Origin: a virus
Length of the DNA: 64,000 bases
Reading direction: 5' to 3' (one strand)
IMG/VR virus record: IMGVR_UViG_3300025834_000173
Below are positions 10,153-20,391 of this stretch, piece after piece; positions within the stretch are counted from its first letter, which is position 1, and each line of letters begins with the position of its first letter. The notes beneath the pieces are model-generated. The model did not search any database and was not told the DNA's origin. It was given only the letters and a program-made list of their open reading frames with translations. The position numbers and the translations under genes are program-made.

Positions 10153-11108
10153 TAATTCATCTCCGTTCTTTGAGGTGTTATGAACATTGCCATCTCTGAA
10201 TCTTTTGTTTCTTTAAATTCATAAACTGTCTTTACTATTATTTTGTATATTGATGAATTGTTATTACTACTTATTAAATCATTCTTATATTCATATTCCA
10301 ATAATATATCATTAGGTTCTTCTGAAATATTTACTTTATATATTACTTTTAAACCTTTACCCTTTACATCAGGTAAAGTTAGTTCATAGTATGAATTAAC
10401 TACCTGTATATTTCCACTACCCATGTCAATATTATTTATTACGTCCTCAATATTTTTATAAGCTGATATATCTGCACAATATCCACTCACATTAGGAACT
10501 TTACATATTCTATCATATAATTTCATATCTACCTTATTTTCATCTGTTTCATTTAGTTTTATTTCTGATAAAAACCTACTGCTATATTTTACATAATCTG
10601 ATTTATTTACATCTACAATACTAGCACCATCATATCTCTGTATATTTTCTAAAAATGCTTTCTTATCCTCAGCTTCTGTAAATTCTCTATTTATTCCTAA
10701 ATCAATTGTTTCTACTGTAACATCTGTTGTATAATAAGGTCCTGTATCACTATTCTCAGGAGTTATTGATTTTGTATATTTCTCTTTTATAAATTTTATT
10801 AAAAACTCTTCCTCTGTAATACCAATATCTACTGCTTCTTCTAAATCAAATATGCCATTACTGTCTTTGTCTACTTTTTTCATTTCATCGTAAATTGTCC
10901 CATTGTAGAAGTTTGATTTTATTTCCTCTGTTACTGTTGTATTTAATGCTAATGTCTTTATTCTTATATCTTCGTTTTTTGATGCTACGTTTAATCTATC
11001 AAAGAATGTTAATGACATGTACATTGCTACACCGAGTATTATCATTGTCATTATTGATTCCATCATCGTAAATCCTGACCTATTTAACTTTCTTGTTTTA
11101 TACCCCAT
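10152..11108 (-). CDS. Minor type IV pilin
   Basis: RSG|FTMME prepilin motif plus hydrophobic helix. Confidence 0.85.
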   Translation of the reverse strand: MGYKTRKLNRSGFTMMESIMTMIILGVAMYMSLTFFDRLNVASKNEDIRIKTLALNTTVTEEIKSNFYNGTIYDEMKKVDKDSNGIFDLEEAVDIGITEEEFLIKFIKEKYTKSITPENSDTGPYYTTDVTVETIDLGINREFTEAEDKKAFLENIQRYDGASIVDVNKSDYVKYSSRFLSEIKLNETDENKVDMKLYDRICKVPNVSGYCADISAYKNIEDVINNIDMGSGNIQVVNSYYELTLPDVKGKGLKVIYKVNISEEPNDILLEYEYKNDLISSNNNSSIYKIIVKTVYEFKETKDSEMAMFITPQRTEMN

Positions 11109-11142
11109 ATTTATTCACCACCTTATTTACCCTCTTATAAAA

Positions 11143-11176
11143 AATTTACCTAGCAATTAATTTTGCTAGGTAAATT
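11143..11176 (-). terminator. Intrinsic terminator between major and minor pilin genes
   Basis: 14-bp perfect stem AATTTACCTAGCAA/TTGCTAGGTAAATT with a 6-nt loop and a T-run on the minus strand. Confidence 0.8.
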
Positions 11177-11190
11177 GCTTTACTTATTTC

Positions 11191-11874
11191 TTATTTATTT
11201 ACACAAGTCATATTTTTCACAGCTGCAACTGTTAAATAGTCAGGAACGTTTGTATCAGCTATAGTATTAGGTAACCAAATACCGTCAGCTCCAACTACTG
11301 TTGCAGTGTCGTCTTCGCTGAATCCTAATTTTTGACCTGTTCCCAATGTTATAACTTGTATATCGCCTTTAAAACCTGCGTTACATTTAGTAATTTTACC
11401 ATCTTTGTAAACTGCTAATGTTAAGAAGTCAGCCCTATCAGTTGTTAATGACTTACCACCTGAATAAACTAAAACTTTTTCTTCTATTCCAGATACTGCT
11501 CCATCATCACGACTAATTATTAAGCCATACTTTGCACCAAATGGGTCTTGTGCTTTTGTTTCAAACACACCAGGTACAACTGTAGCTGGTTGACCTATAG
11601 CAAAATAATCATCTATATAAGTGTTAAACTTAGTTGCAAATAATGCATCTGTAGTGCCAGGTAATCTTGAGTTCTCAGTGAATATTGTCTCAATAGAGTC
11701 TGAAAAATCTTTGAATTCTTTATTAACTCCTAACTCCTTAGCTTTGTCTGTTCCACTTGTTAAACGTGGCATTAATACCACCATCAAAATACCTAATACT
11801 ACAACTACTGCTATAACTTCTAACATTGTGAAACCTTTTCTATTGAGTTTACTATTTTTCCAAATTCTATCCAT
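11191..11874 (-). CDS. pilA: Major type IV pilin, copy 1
   Basis: RKG|FTMLEVIAVVVVLGILMVVLMPRL; paralogue of 11887-12672; followed by a strong terminator. Confidence 0.85.
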   Translation of the reverse strand: MDRIWKNSKLNRKGFTMLEVIAVVVVLGILMVVLMPRLTSGTDKAKELGVNKEFKDFSDSIETIFTENSRLPGTTDALFATKFNTYIDDYFAIGQPATVVPGVFETKAQDPFGAKYGLIISRDDGAVSGIEEKVLVYSGGKSLTTDRADFLTLAVYKDGKITKCNAGFKGDIQVITLGTGQKLGFSEDDTATVVGADGIWLPNTIADTNVPDYLTVAAVKNMTCVNK

Positions 11875-11886
11875 TTCTTCCTCCCG

Positions 11887-12672
11887 TTATTTATTTACAC
11901 AAATCATAGTTCTTATGGATGCTTCTGTTAAATAAGCTGCTACTGCTACATGATTAGGAAGGTTTATTCCATCTGTACTTGCTGTGCCTATTGTTTGAAC
12001 TGCTGCTGTGTCATCTTCTGAAAAACCCAATGCAATTTCAGCCGTATCTGCAACATCGTTTCCATTAGTATCTATTACTATTTTTTGTATATCACCTTTA
12101 AAACCTGCATTACATTTTGTTATTTTTCCATCTTTGTAAACTGCTAATGTTAAGTAGTCAGCTTTATTAGTTGTTAATGATTTACCTCTTGAGTAAACTA
12201 GTACTTTTTCAAGTATTCCAGAAGTTGTTCCACTGTCTCTACTAGTTATAACACCATATTTTGCCCCGAATGGGTCTTCTGCGTCTGTTGCATAATGTCC
12301 ACCTAAATCAGCTGTAACTGCTGCTGTAGCTGTTAAGTTTAATGATTCAGCATTAGCTGTGGCATTTGCCACATGTATCTTAAAGTAATCATCGATATAA
12401 GTATTAAATTTAGCTACAAAAACTGCATTTTTAGAAGCTGTTATGTCTGTTGCACCAGGTAATCTTGAGTTCTCAGTGAATATTGTCTCAATAGAGTCTG
12501 AAAAATCTTTGAATTCTTTATTAACTCCTAACTCCTTAGCTTTGTCTGTTCCACTTGTTAATCTCGGCATCAATACTACCATTAGAATTCCAAGTACGAC
12601 TACAACTGCTATAACTTCTAACATTGTGAAACCCTTTCTATTAAGGCTCCTTTTTTTCATAATTTTATTCAT
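11887..12672 (-). CDS. pilA: Major type IV pilin, copy 2
   Basis: First 59 mature residues identical to copy 1; variable central and C-terminal segments. Confidence 0.85.
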   Translation of the reverse strand: MNKIMKKRSLNRKGFTMLEVIAVVVVLGILMVVLMPRLTSGTDKAKELGVNKEFKDFSDSIETIFTENSRLPGATDITASKNAVFVAKFNTYIDDYFKIHVANATANAESLNLTATAAVTADLGGHYATDAEDPFGAKYGVITSRDSGTTSGILEKVLVYSRGKSLTTNKADYLTLAVYKDGKITKCNAGFKGDIQKIVIDTNGNDVADTAEIALGFSEDDTAAVQTIGTASTDGINLPNHVAVAAYLTEASIRTMICVNK

Positions 12673-12896
12673 TTCTTCCTCCGTGTTATTAAAATGTTTT
12701 GGTTTTATTTTTTTTGCTAAAGTTATACTTTAGACTTTTCTAGTTTTTCTTCCTTAAAAGAAAAGTTTATCTAACAACAGTTAACTTTAAATTAAAAGTT
12801 CCTCGCCCCCTTCTAAATGTAAACATACCCCACCTTAACAACCTAAACTTATATAAACTTCCGTAAAATATTTAAGTGTTAATTTGTACATATACT

Positions 12897-14132
12897 TTAT
12901 ATTTGTTCCATTAATGAGAACATAGGCAAGTACATTGCCAACATTACAAATCCTAATACTGCCATTATTAATAACATTAATATAGGTTCTATTGCTTTCG
13001 TAAGTGTGGTTACTTTAACTCTAAATTCTTTTTCCATCTGTATAGATGTTTTATATAGCATCTCAAACAATTTTCCTGATATTACTCCAACTTCACTCAG
13101 CTTTATTAATTTAGCTGGGAACATTTGAGTATCACCCATTGCTTGTCCGAGAGTTCTACCTTTATCTCTTACTATATCTCTAACTTCTGTAACTGCCTGC
13201 TTCATTACGTAATTTCCCATTGTATTTATTGATATTTCTACAGCTTCTGTAACAGTTATGCCTGTTTCCAATAACATTGCAACTGTACTTGAGAAATTTA
13301 TATAAGACATTTCTTTTATGAAAAAACCAACTATAGGCATTTTTATAAATGCCATATCCATATATTTTCTTGCCTTTGTCTTTTTATACAGTATTACAGG
13401 TGTTGTAGGAACAAATATCAGTATCAATAGCATTGTAATTTTACTATTATTTACAAAATCTGATAGTGTCAATAACATCAATGTTGGTGTAGGTAATTCA
13501 GCACCCATTTCAATAAACACTTCAGACAATACAGGTATTAAGAATATAACCATAAATGCCATAGCGCCTATAAGTGCTACTATCATCAATGCAGGATATG
13601 TTAATGCACCCCTTACTGCGCCCTTAAAATCATCGTCTCTAGCCATTTGTTCAGCTAACTTTTTAAATGTTGTCTCTAAGTTACCAGATGTTTCACCTGC
13701 TTTTAATTGATAAATATATGTTCCCTGTGGTATCCCTTTAGCTTGTTCTAAAGCTAAAGAGAACCCAAGTCCACCTAATACCTTTTCGTGAATCTCACCT
13801 ATTGCTTTTTTCAATCCATAATGTGCTGTATTTTCTTTTGCTATTTCTAGTGCGTCGGTTAAAGTTAATCCTGAACTAACTAAAAATGATAAGTTATCAA
13901 ATAATCCTACTAAATCTTTTTTAACTATTTTTGTCTTTTTATTAAATGAAATACTTAACTCTTGTTTACAATATACTATCTTTTCTCCAGGTTTAAATAA
14001 CTTTCTTATAGCATTATTTCTATTGTATGCTTCTATAGAACCCTTATATAATTTACCATCTTTTTCTTGTATCTTATAATTAAACTTCTTAAGTTCTTTT
14101 ACCTTAGGTTTTTTATTGAATAATTTTTCCAT
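12897..14132 (-). CDS. pilC: Type IV pilus platform protein (PilC/GspF family)
   Basis: LVSSGLTLTDAL, AGETSGNL, ALTYP and KAIEP repeats; three TM segments. Confidence 0.92.
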   Translation of the reverse strand: MEKLFNKKPKVKELKKFNYKIQEKDGKLYKGSIEAYNRNNAIRKLFKPGEKIVYCKQELSISFNKKTKIVKKDLVGLFDNLSFLVSSGLTLTDALEIAKENTAHYGLKKAIGEIHEKVLGGLGFSLALEQAKGIPQGTYIYQLKAGETSGNLETTFKKLAEQMARDDDFKGAVRGALTYPALMIVALIGAMAFMVIFLIPVLSEVFIEMGAELPTPTLMLLTLSDFVNNSKITMLLILIFVPTTPVILYKKTKARKYMDMAFIKMPIVGFFIKEMSYINFSSTVAMLLETGITVTEAVEISINTMGNYVMKQAVTEVRDIVRDKGRTLGQAMGDTQMFPAKLIKLSEVGVISGKLFEMLYKTSIQMEKEFRVKVTTLTKAIEPILMLLIMAVLGFVMLAMYLPMFSLMEQI

Positions 14133-14143
14133 ATTTCATCTCC

Positions 14144-15697
14144 CTAATTAACTGGCTTATAATCTAAATTATGTTTTTCTATAGTTTCTAAATAATCTAT
14201 AGCAACTTCAATTTTAAACCCGTCTTTATCTTCACCGCATTCTATTTTTAAGGGATTCCCTGTCTTACCTTTTAAATTAACTTCTTTAGTATTAAATTTA
14301 ATTATTGCTGAATAATCTATATCTTTCACTCCATCTACATTTAACTGTATATAACCATCTTTATAGTTTTTTTCATCTACACTCACTGTAAAATTCTTAT
14401 TTATTACTGATTCATACTCAGGTTTGTTAGATTTTAAGAACTCAAGATATTCTTCTAATTTAAATGTATTTCCACCGTCAGTTTTTAATTTTTCTACATA
14501 ACCCTCTACTTTTTTTATCTCACTATCTAAGAATGTTTCTGATAAATTAATTAATTCTTTTATCTCTTTCTTTGATAATGAAGCACCATCAGTGTTTATT
14601 ACATACCTGTAGTTGTCATCTTTGTCAGCAATTGCCTCTGCAAAATTGTATTCTGTAGCAGGATTCTTAAACATTACAAACTCTATGGTAAAGTGCATTC
14701 TCATTTTATCTAATTTATTACTTGCTTGTTTTACTTCAGGCACATCTTTGTCTCCTTCTTCATTAACGGATAAATCTATCTCAGGTATAATAATTGTATT
14801 TCCTTTATTACCTTCGTTTTTTCCATTTATAAGTAAGTCTAACATTTTATCTTGTTCAAATATATTTTCACTGTTTACATCTTTATCATTTAACTGTTTT
14901 ACTTTACTATTCAATAGATTTAATAATGTATATTGGGTACTTAAATCAGTTACTTGATTTATTGCTTCTTCAATTATATTTTTATTACTTGTGCCAGTCA
15001 TACCGTTTATAGCTTTTTGTATGTTAGACACCTGTTCTTGTAACTTTAATCTTTCTTCTTCTTTTTTCTGTATTTCCAACTCTTTTTGGTCTGATATACT
15101 CAAGTTACTTTTATCGTCAACAACCTTTGTTTTATCGTCTGTTACTTCAGCCCAATTATTCTTGTTTATGTCATCTATACTACGTATTAACCATTCTTTA
15201 TCATCGTTTCTTCTAATTGATATGTTTGATATATTATATCCTATACCCAACCCCTCAATTTCATTTACAATACTTTGTAAATCAGTAAGTAATCCGTATA
15301 AGTCCACTTCAAATTTTGCTCTGTATGAACCATTCTTTTCCTCTACACCCATGTCATTAAATCTTCGTAAATCCACACCATATTTGTTTGTTTTTTCACC
15401 TAAAAATATAAGAAAGTCCTGTCTATTTATAGTTTTTCCATTTCCGTCATTTATCATACTGTCTACTTGAGCATTTACTTTATCTAATGACTCCTGAGTC
15501 AGTGCTTTTTGCTGTTTTAACCCCTCTATATTAGCTACTGAATCTTCACTAGATATAGTCGTCTGTAATTGTGTTTCTTTATCTATTAAAGGAGTATATA
15601 CATACGAATAAGCTATATATGTGACTACTACAAATATCAGTAATAGTACTATTAATTTCTCTCTGGCACCTAAATTTTTAAACTGATTCATAATCAT
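14144..15697 (-). CDS. PilO-like assembly protein with large insertion and C-terminal extension
   Basis: REKLIVLLLIFVVV N-terminal TM, coiled coil, ferredoxin-like segment; positioned after pilN. Confidence 0.6.
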   Translation of the reverse strand: MIMNQFKNLGAREKLIVLLLIFVVVTYIAYSYVYTPLIDKETQLQTTISSEDSVANIEGLKQQKALTQESLDKVNAQVDSMINDGNGKTINRQDFLIFLGEKTNKYGVDLRRFNDMGVEEKNGSYRAKFEVDLYGLLTDLQSIVNEIEGLGIGYNISNISIRRNDDKEWLIRSIDDINKNNWAEVTDDKTKVVDDKSNLSISDQKELEIQKKEEERLKLQEQVSNIQKAINGMTGTSNKNIIEEAINQVTDLSTQYTLLNLLNSKVKQLNDKDVNSENIFEQDKMLDLLINGKNEGNKGNTIIIPEIDLSVNEEGDKDVPEVKQASNKLDKMRMHFTIEFVMFKNPATEYNFAEAIADKDDNYRYVINTDGASLSKKEIKELINLSETFLDSEIKKVEGYVEKLKTDGGNTFKLEEYLEFLKSNKPEYESVINKNFTVSVDEKNYKDGYIQLNVDGVKDIDYSAIIKFNTKEVNLKGKTGNPLKIECGEDKDGFKIEVAIDYLETIEKHNLDYKPVN

Positions 15698-15703
15698 ATC
15701 TCC

Positions 15704-16408
15704 TTAACTAAATTTCAATCTGAATTCAAACACATTTTGTCTGACTCCATCTATTGTTTTTTCTTCTATTGCTGTAATATTTGCTGATTTAACGTAAGGT
15801 AACACACTCACTTCGTAAAACAACTCTGCTATAGCACTATTATCTTGACTGTATCCTCTAATTATAATGTCTTGCAATGCCCCATCTGATACCACACCTG
15901 TGTAAAATCCCTCAGGCAATAATTTAGGGTCTACTGTTCCAATTATATTACCGTTAGCATCCTCTATCTCTGCATTTGAGTTAACCACTATTTTTTTATT
16001 AGCATCATTAGGGTCGGGTATAGTTGTTTTCTGCAACTCTGTTTTTGTATCTGGTGTTTTTAACATGTCTTCTGTATCTAATGATACTAATATAACTTCA
16101 TCAGGAAGCACATTAACTATTAAGTTCGTAAACTCGTAAAATGGAAATCTTATTTCTTCTATATTTTGAAGTACTGTTATTTGAGTTTGTTCCTCAATTT
16201 TCATACCATCTATAGATGATTTTAATTGTTTCACTTCTGCGTTATTTTCTTGTATTCCGCTTAACTCAAAGTATGACTTAGCTGTTTTTGCTCCCTGTAT
16301 TCCTATTAGTGCTACTAAAAATACTGAAATAACTATTAGCCCCTTAATTAAATTAGCAATAAGAAATTTATTCTTATCCTCTAATGGTATTAAATTTATT
16401 TTCCTCAT
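15704..16408 (-). CDS. pilN: PilN-like assembly protein
   Basis: The true start is probably MRKINLIP (ATG at 16408, RBS GGGGG). INLIP + TM + coiled coil + IIIRGYS pattern. Confidence 0.75.
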   Translation of the reverse strand: MRKINLIPLEDKNKFLIANLIKGLIVISVFLVALIGIQGAKTAKSYFELSGIQENNAEVKQLKSSIDGMKIEEQTQITVLQNIEEIRFPFYEFTNLIVNVLPDEVILVSLDTEDMLKTPDTKTELQKTTIPDPNDANKKIVVNSNAEIEDANGNIIGTVDPKLLPEGFYTGVVSDGALQDIIIRGYSQDNSAIAELFYEVSVLPYVKSANITAIEEKTIDGVRQNVFEFRLKFS

Positions 16409-16410
16409 TT

Positions 16411-17523
16411 TTATAATACCCCCTTGATTGCTAGTCCAACACAAGGCCCAAATGAACTATCTATTGTTTTGTCTGTATTATTTATAATTGTAACTTTATC
16501 TCCTGCTATTGATGACATTAGTTCCCAATTTTCAGTTTGTATATTAGTCAAACCTGATAACTTACTACTGAAACCCTTTAGTAAAGGTGTTCCTCCTAAT
16601 AATATTATATTGTTGATAGGTGTATGTAATATTTGACTACAGTGTGTTATACATCTATTTAATTCCTTTAAGTATGCTATGAATGCCTCATCTACAGCGT
16701 CCATATAGTCGTCGTCTACTATACCTGCTTTATCGAATATAGCGTCTACATCATGTGAAAAATAGTTTTTGTCTAATCCTATTCTTCTTATGTATTCACC
16801 AACTCTCCCTGTAGGAAAAGTTATTTCAGCAGATATGTCATTTATCAATGTACCAAGTCCATTTGTAAATTCCCTAAAGAATATAGGTTGGCCTCTATGT
16901 GTTACTGTTATTTTAGTTGATGCATTTCCTACGTCTACAAATGCTTTAGTCGGATTCTCATATTCAGAATCATATAGTGTCGATAAATAATATAATGATG
17001 TAGCATATGTATCTATTTCTGTTATTTTATATTTCCTTTTCGTAAATTCTAATACTACAGATTGTATTACCAGTTTTGATGCAGATGTTATTAACAAAGG
17101 TGTATATGTTTCACTTTCCTCATAAACATCTCCAAAATCTGACCAGTCTGATATATGTGTTAGTTGTTTACCCTCACCAAATTCAGAAACAATCAACTGT
17201 TCTGCATGTAACTTCATTTCTCTCTGTGCCATTAATGGAGATTTTATAATTTTAACTGCCACTGAAGGAGAAGAGAATAATAAACTTATTTTATTAGTCT
17301 TTATTCCATTTTCCTTGAATGACCTAATCAATACTTCTGCCAGACTGCTAAGATTTGTTAAATCTCTATTTTTAAAGAATTTACTAGCGTCTTTTAGTAC
17401 GTATGCTTTATTTACTTTTATTTTCCTTGCCCCGTATGACACTTCTATTACTTTTATTCTGGTTGTACCTATGTCTACAATTATCTTAGACTTACTAAAT
17501 AACTCTTTTGCCAAGTATTTCAC
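16411..17523 (-). CDS. pilM: PilM-like actin-fold ATPase
   Basis: VDIGTTRIK, VDVGNAST, LLGGTPLL; GTG start. Confidence 0.85.
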   Translation of the reverse strand: MKYLAKELFSKSKIIVDIGTTRIKVIEVSYGARKIKVNKAYVLKDASKFFKNRDLTNLSSLAEVLIRSFKENGIKTNKISLLFSSPSVAVKIIKSPLMAQREMKLHAEQLIVSEFGEGKQLTHISDWSDFGDVYEESETYTPLLITSASKLVIQSVVLEFTKRKYKITEIDTYATSLYYLSTLYDSEYENPTKAFVDVGNASTKITVTHRGQPIFFREFTNGLGTLINDISAEITFPTGRVGEYIRRIGLDKNYFSHDVDAIFDKAGIVDDDYMDAVDEAFIAYLKELNRCITHCSQILHTPINNIILLGGTPLLKGFSSKLSGLTNIQTENWELMSSIAGDKVTIINNTDKTIDSSFGPCVGLAIKGVL

Positions 17524-17529
17524 CGACCT

Positions 17530-19200
17530 TTACATATATTTACGTATTTCGTCAAAAGTTGTTGTTCCCTCTATTGCTTTTCTTTTAGCATCAACTTGTA
17601 TTGTTGCCATTCCGTGTGTCGTCGCATGTTTTTTAATTCCTATAGATGATTCACCCTTATAAATAAGGTCTTTTATTTCATCTGTTATCATAAGTAATTC
17701 AGATATTGTAGTTCTACCTTTATACCCTACATTCTTACATTCAGGGCAACCTACTGCTTCATAAACTTCTCTTTCATTAGGAAAAAGATTAAATTCATTT
17801 ACTAACGGGTCACCATCTGTCAAATTTACTTTTCTCTTACAGTGTGGGCATAATTTTCTAACAAGTCTCTGACTTAGAACAGCTAATACTGATTCAGCAA
17901 CCATGAAAGGTCTTACCCCCATATCCACAAGTCTTGTTATTGAACTTGCTGCATCATTAGCATGTACTGTTGCAAATACTAAGTGACCTGTGTTAGCTGC
18001 TTGTACTGCCATATCTGCTGTCTCTCTATCACGAATTTCTCCTATCATTATAATGTCAGGGTCTTGTCTCAACATTGCTCTTAATATATCCATAAACTTC
18101 AATCCTGCTTTTTCATTTACCTGTGACTGAGCTATATTATTCATATAATACTCGACAGGGTTTTCAGCAGTTGTTATATTTTTTGTACCATCGTCTATAT
18201 GATATAGTGATGAATACAATGTTGTTGATTTACCAGAACCTGTAGGTCCAGTTATTAAAATTATACCTTGGCTCTTATTAATCAATTTCTTATATGTTTC
18301 CAATTCCTTATGAGGAAAACCTAATACGTCTAAGTTTACCATATTCTCAGAACTGTCCATAAGACGTGCAACTATTTTTTCTCCCTGTACTGTAGGTAAT
18401 GTGCTGACACGCATGTCTAACTTCTTACCCTTTACAGAAGCAAATATTTTACCATCTCCAGGAATTAACCTGTTTGATATATCCATTTTAGCCATAGTCT
18501 TAATTCTTGAAACTATATTTTCAGATATACTTTTAGGTAATGTCTGTGCTGTTCTTAAATGTCCGTCTACTCTATATTTAACTATCACATCATCTTTTCT
18601 AGGTAATATGTGAACGTCAGATGCCCCTTCATTAAATGCGTCAAAGAATATTTGGTTTACTGTTCCAACAAGTCCAGGTGCATTTGTTTCTGATATCTCA
18701 AACGCCTCTTCGCTTTTCTCTTCTTCTCTGTTAATCTTAGCTAATTCTTTATTTCTTAATTCAGGTTCAATATATTTCTTTAATAGACCAGTCATATCAC
18801 TTGTAGTTATGAATGCATATTCAACCATTTTACCATAAGTATTTCTTATCAAGTCATCAGCGTCCATATTTGGTTCATCGTCTATTAACATATAAGCTGT
18901 TATGTCATCTTCTTTTGTAGGTATAAATCTATACTTTATCATATCAGCTAATTTAGCTTTTTTAAGCATTTCGATATTTACTTCTATTTCATCACTTTGA
19001 AGGAATGAATAATTTTTCTGAGCTGCCAATGCTTCCATTTTTTGAAATTCGTTTATAGCATCCATTCCTATGAGTATATCAGCTAATTTAGTTTCTTGTT
19101 TTATCTTTTGCATATCTATAGCTTTCAGAAGCGTATCGTCATTTATGAAACCTTTAGATATAAGTATTTCCCCAATTTTCTTTTTAGTATTTATAGACAT
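17530..19200 (-). CDS. pilB: Type IV pilus extension ATPase
   Basis: GASDVHI, GPTGSGKSTT, LRQDPDIIMIGEIRD, ANTGHLVFATVH, tetracysteine CPHC/CPEC. Confidence 0.95.
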   Translation of the reverse strand: MSINTKKKIGEILISKGFINDDTLLKAIDMQKIKQETKLADILIGMDAINEFQKMEALAAQKNYSFLQSDEIEVNIEMLKKAKLADMIKYRFIPTKEDDITAYMLIDDEPNMDADDLIRNTYGKMVEYAFITTSDMTGLLKKYIEPELRNKELAKINREEEKSEEAFEISETNAPGLVGTVNQIFFDAFNEGASDVHILPRKDDVIVKYRVDGHLRTAQTLPKSISENIVSRIKTMAKMDISNRLIPGDGKIFASVKGKKLDMRVSTLPTVQGEKIVARLMDSSENMVNLDVLGFPHKELETYKKLINKSQGIILITGPTGSGKSTTLYSSLYHIDDGTKNITTAENPVEYYMNNIAQSQVNEKAGLKFMDILRAMLRQDPDIIMIGEIRDRETADMAVQAANTGHLVFATVHANDAASSITRLVDMGVRPFMVAESVLAVLSQRLVRKLCPHCKRKVNLTDGDPLVNEFNLFPNEREVYEAVGCPECKNVGYKGRTTISELLMITDEIKDLIYKGESSIGIKKHATTHGMATIQVDAKRKAIEGTTTFDEIRKYM

Positions 19201-19234
19201 TAGTTGCCTCCTTAACTACGTATTATCTTATACT

Positions 19235-20374
19235 TTATTTCTTTTTAAATTTACTGAATAAACTTTTTTCTTCTTTTATTTCTATTCCCAGAAGTTCTAA
19301 TATACTTCTGAATACAATTGATTCTTTAGAAAAATATATCTTACTATTTCTATCTTTTTTAATATTGTTATCAAACCCTATATTCATTATATGATTTATA
19401 TAAGCCAATTTAAATTTATTCTTATCCGCTTCAGTATATTTATTATACACTGTAACAAACTTATCCTTATCTAATTCGGATACATTTATTATTTTTTCAA
19501 AGAAATTAGAATGATTATTTATATTGTCTGCTATATCATCACAAATAACGTAAACTTCATCACTTATTTCGAATAAAATATCTTTTTCCTTATTGTATAA
19601 ACTATCAGTGTCAATTATAATTACATCAAATTGTCCTTTAATCAAATACAACATATTTACTAGACTAGCTTCATCATAACTGATTGAGTTTAGTGAAACT
19701 TCATCTTCTGATACAAAATAATGTATGTTTCTTTCATCATCTCTGTACATTAACTTACCTATACTTCCAAGAGAAGATGTAGTTGAATCAATCTTTTTAA
19801 CCGTAGGTGTATTTTTTATAAATCCCTGTAGAAATGTGTACTGTTTATCTAAATCTAATACAGCCACTCTTTTATCAGTATACTTCAATGTTATAGCATT
19901 CGCAAAACTTAAAGCAAAAGTTGATTTCCCTACCCCTGCACTAATTCCGTAAACAGTTACTATATCTAATTCTTCACTATCTATAGCACTCTTTATTTCA
20001 GATTTTTGCATTTCTAATAACCTTATCTGATTTGAACTATATGGTTTATTAACATCGCTTGTAACATCTATTAAATACCCCTTTAAACTATTATAACTGT
20101 CTTTACAATTAAAAATCTTCACCCCTTTTAAATTTAGTGTTTTCCAATCTTTAAAAGGTACTTCTTCATATGTAATTATTATTTCCCCAGGTTTAACTAT
20201 CTTCAATATCTCAGACACATACTTATAAAGATATACACCTATTCCATATGACTCTTTTATTTTATCGTAGTCATTTACTGTACGCCTTATTCTTATACCT
20301 GTGTCTGCGTATATCCTATCTCTCACTATTTTCTGTTCTTCAAAATCCTTGCACATTAGGAATACTTCGCTCAT
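19235..20374 (-). CDS. ParA/MinD (TadZ/CpaE-like) ATPase with N-terminal extension
   Basis: VTVYGISAGVGKSTFA, VAVLDLD, DVIIIDT. Confidence 0.7.
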   Translation of the reverse strand: MSEVFLMCKDFEEQKIVRDRIYADTGIRIRRTVNDYDKIKESYGIGVYLYKYVSEILKIVKPGEIIITYEEVPFKDWKTLNLKGVKIFNCKDSYNSLKGYLIDVTSDVNKPYSSNQIRLLEMQKSEIKSAIDSEELDIVTVYGISAGVGKSTFALSFANAITLKYTDKRVAVLDLDKQYTFLQGFIKNTPTVKKIDSTTSSLGSIGKLMYRDDERNIHYFVSEDEVSLNSISYDEASLVNMLYLIKGQFDVIIIDTDSLYNKEKDILFEISDEVYVICDDIADNINNHSNFFEKIINVSELDKDKFVTVYNKYTEADKNKFKLAYINHIMNIGFDNNIKKDRNSKIYFSKESIVFRSILELLGIEIKEEKSLFSKFKKK

Positions 20375-20391
20375 TGTATAGTCTAACCTCC

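Noticed and set aside
12673-12896. c-di-GMP riboswitch upstream of the pilins (as in C. difficile pilA1)
   Set aside because: I could not find the conserved class I or class II motifs by eye; an Infernal/Rfam search would settle it.
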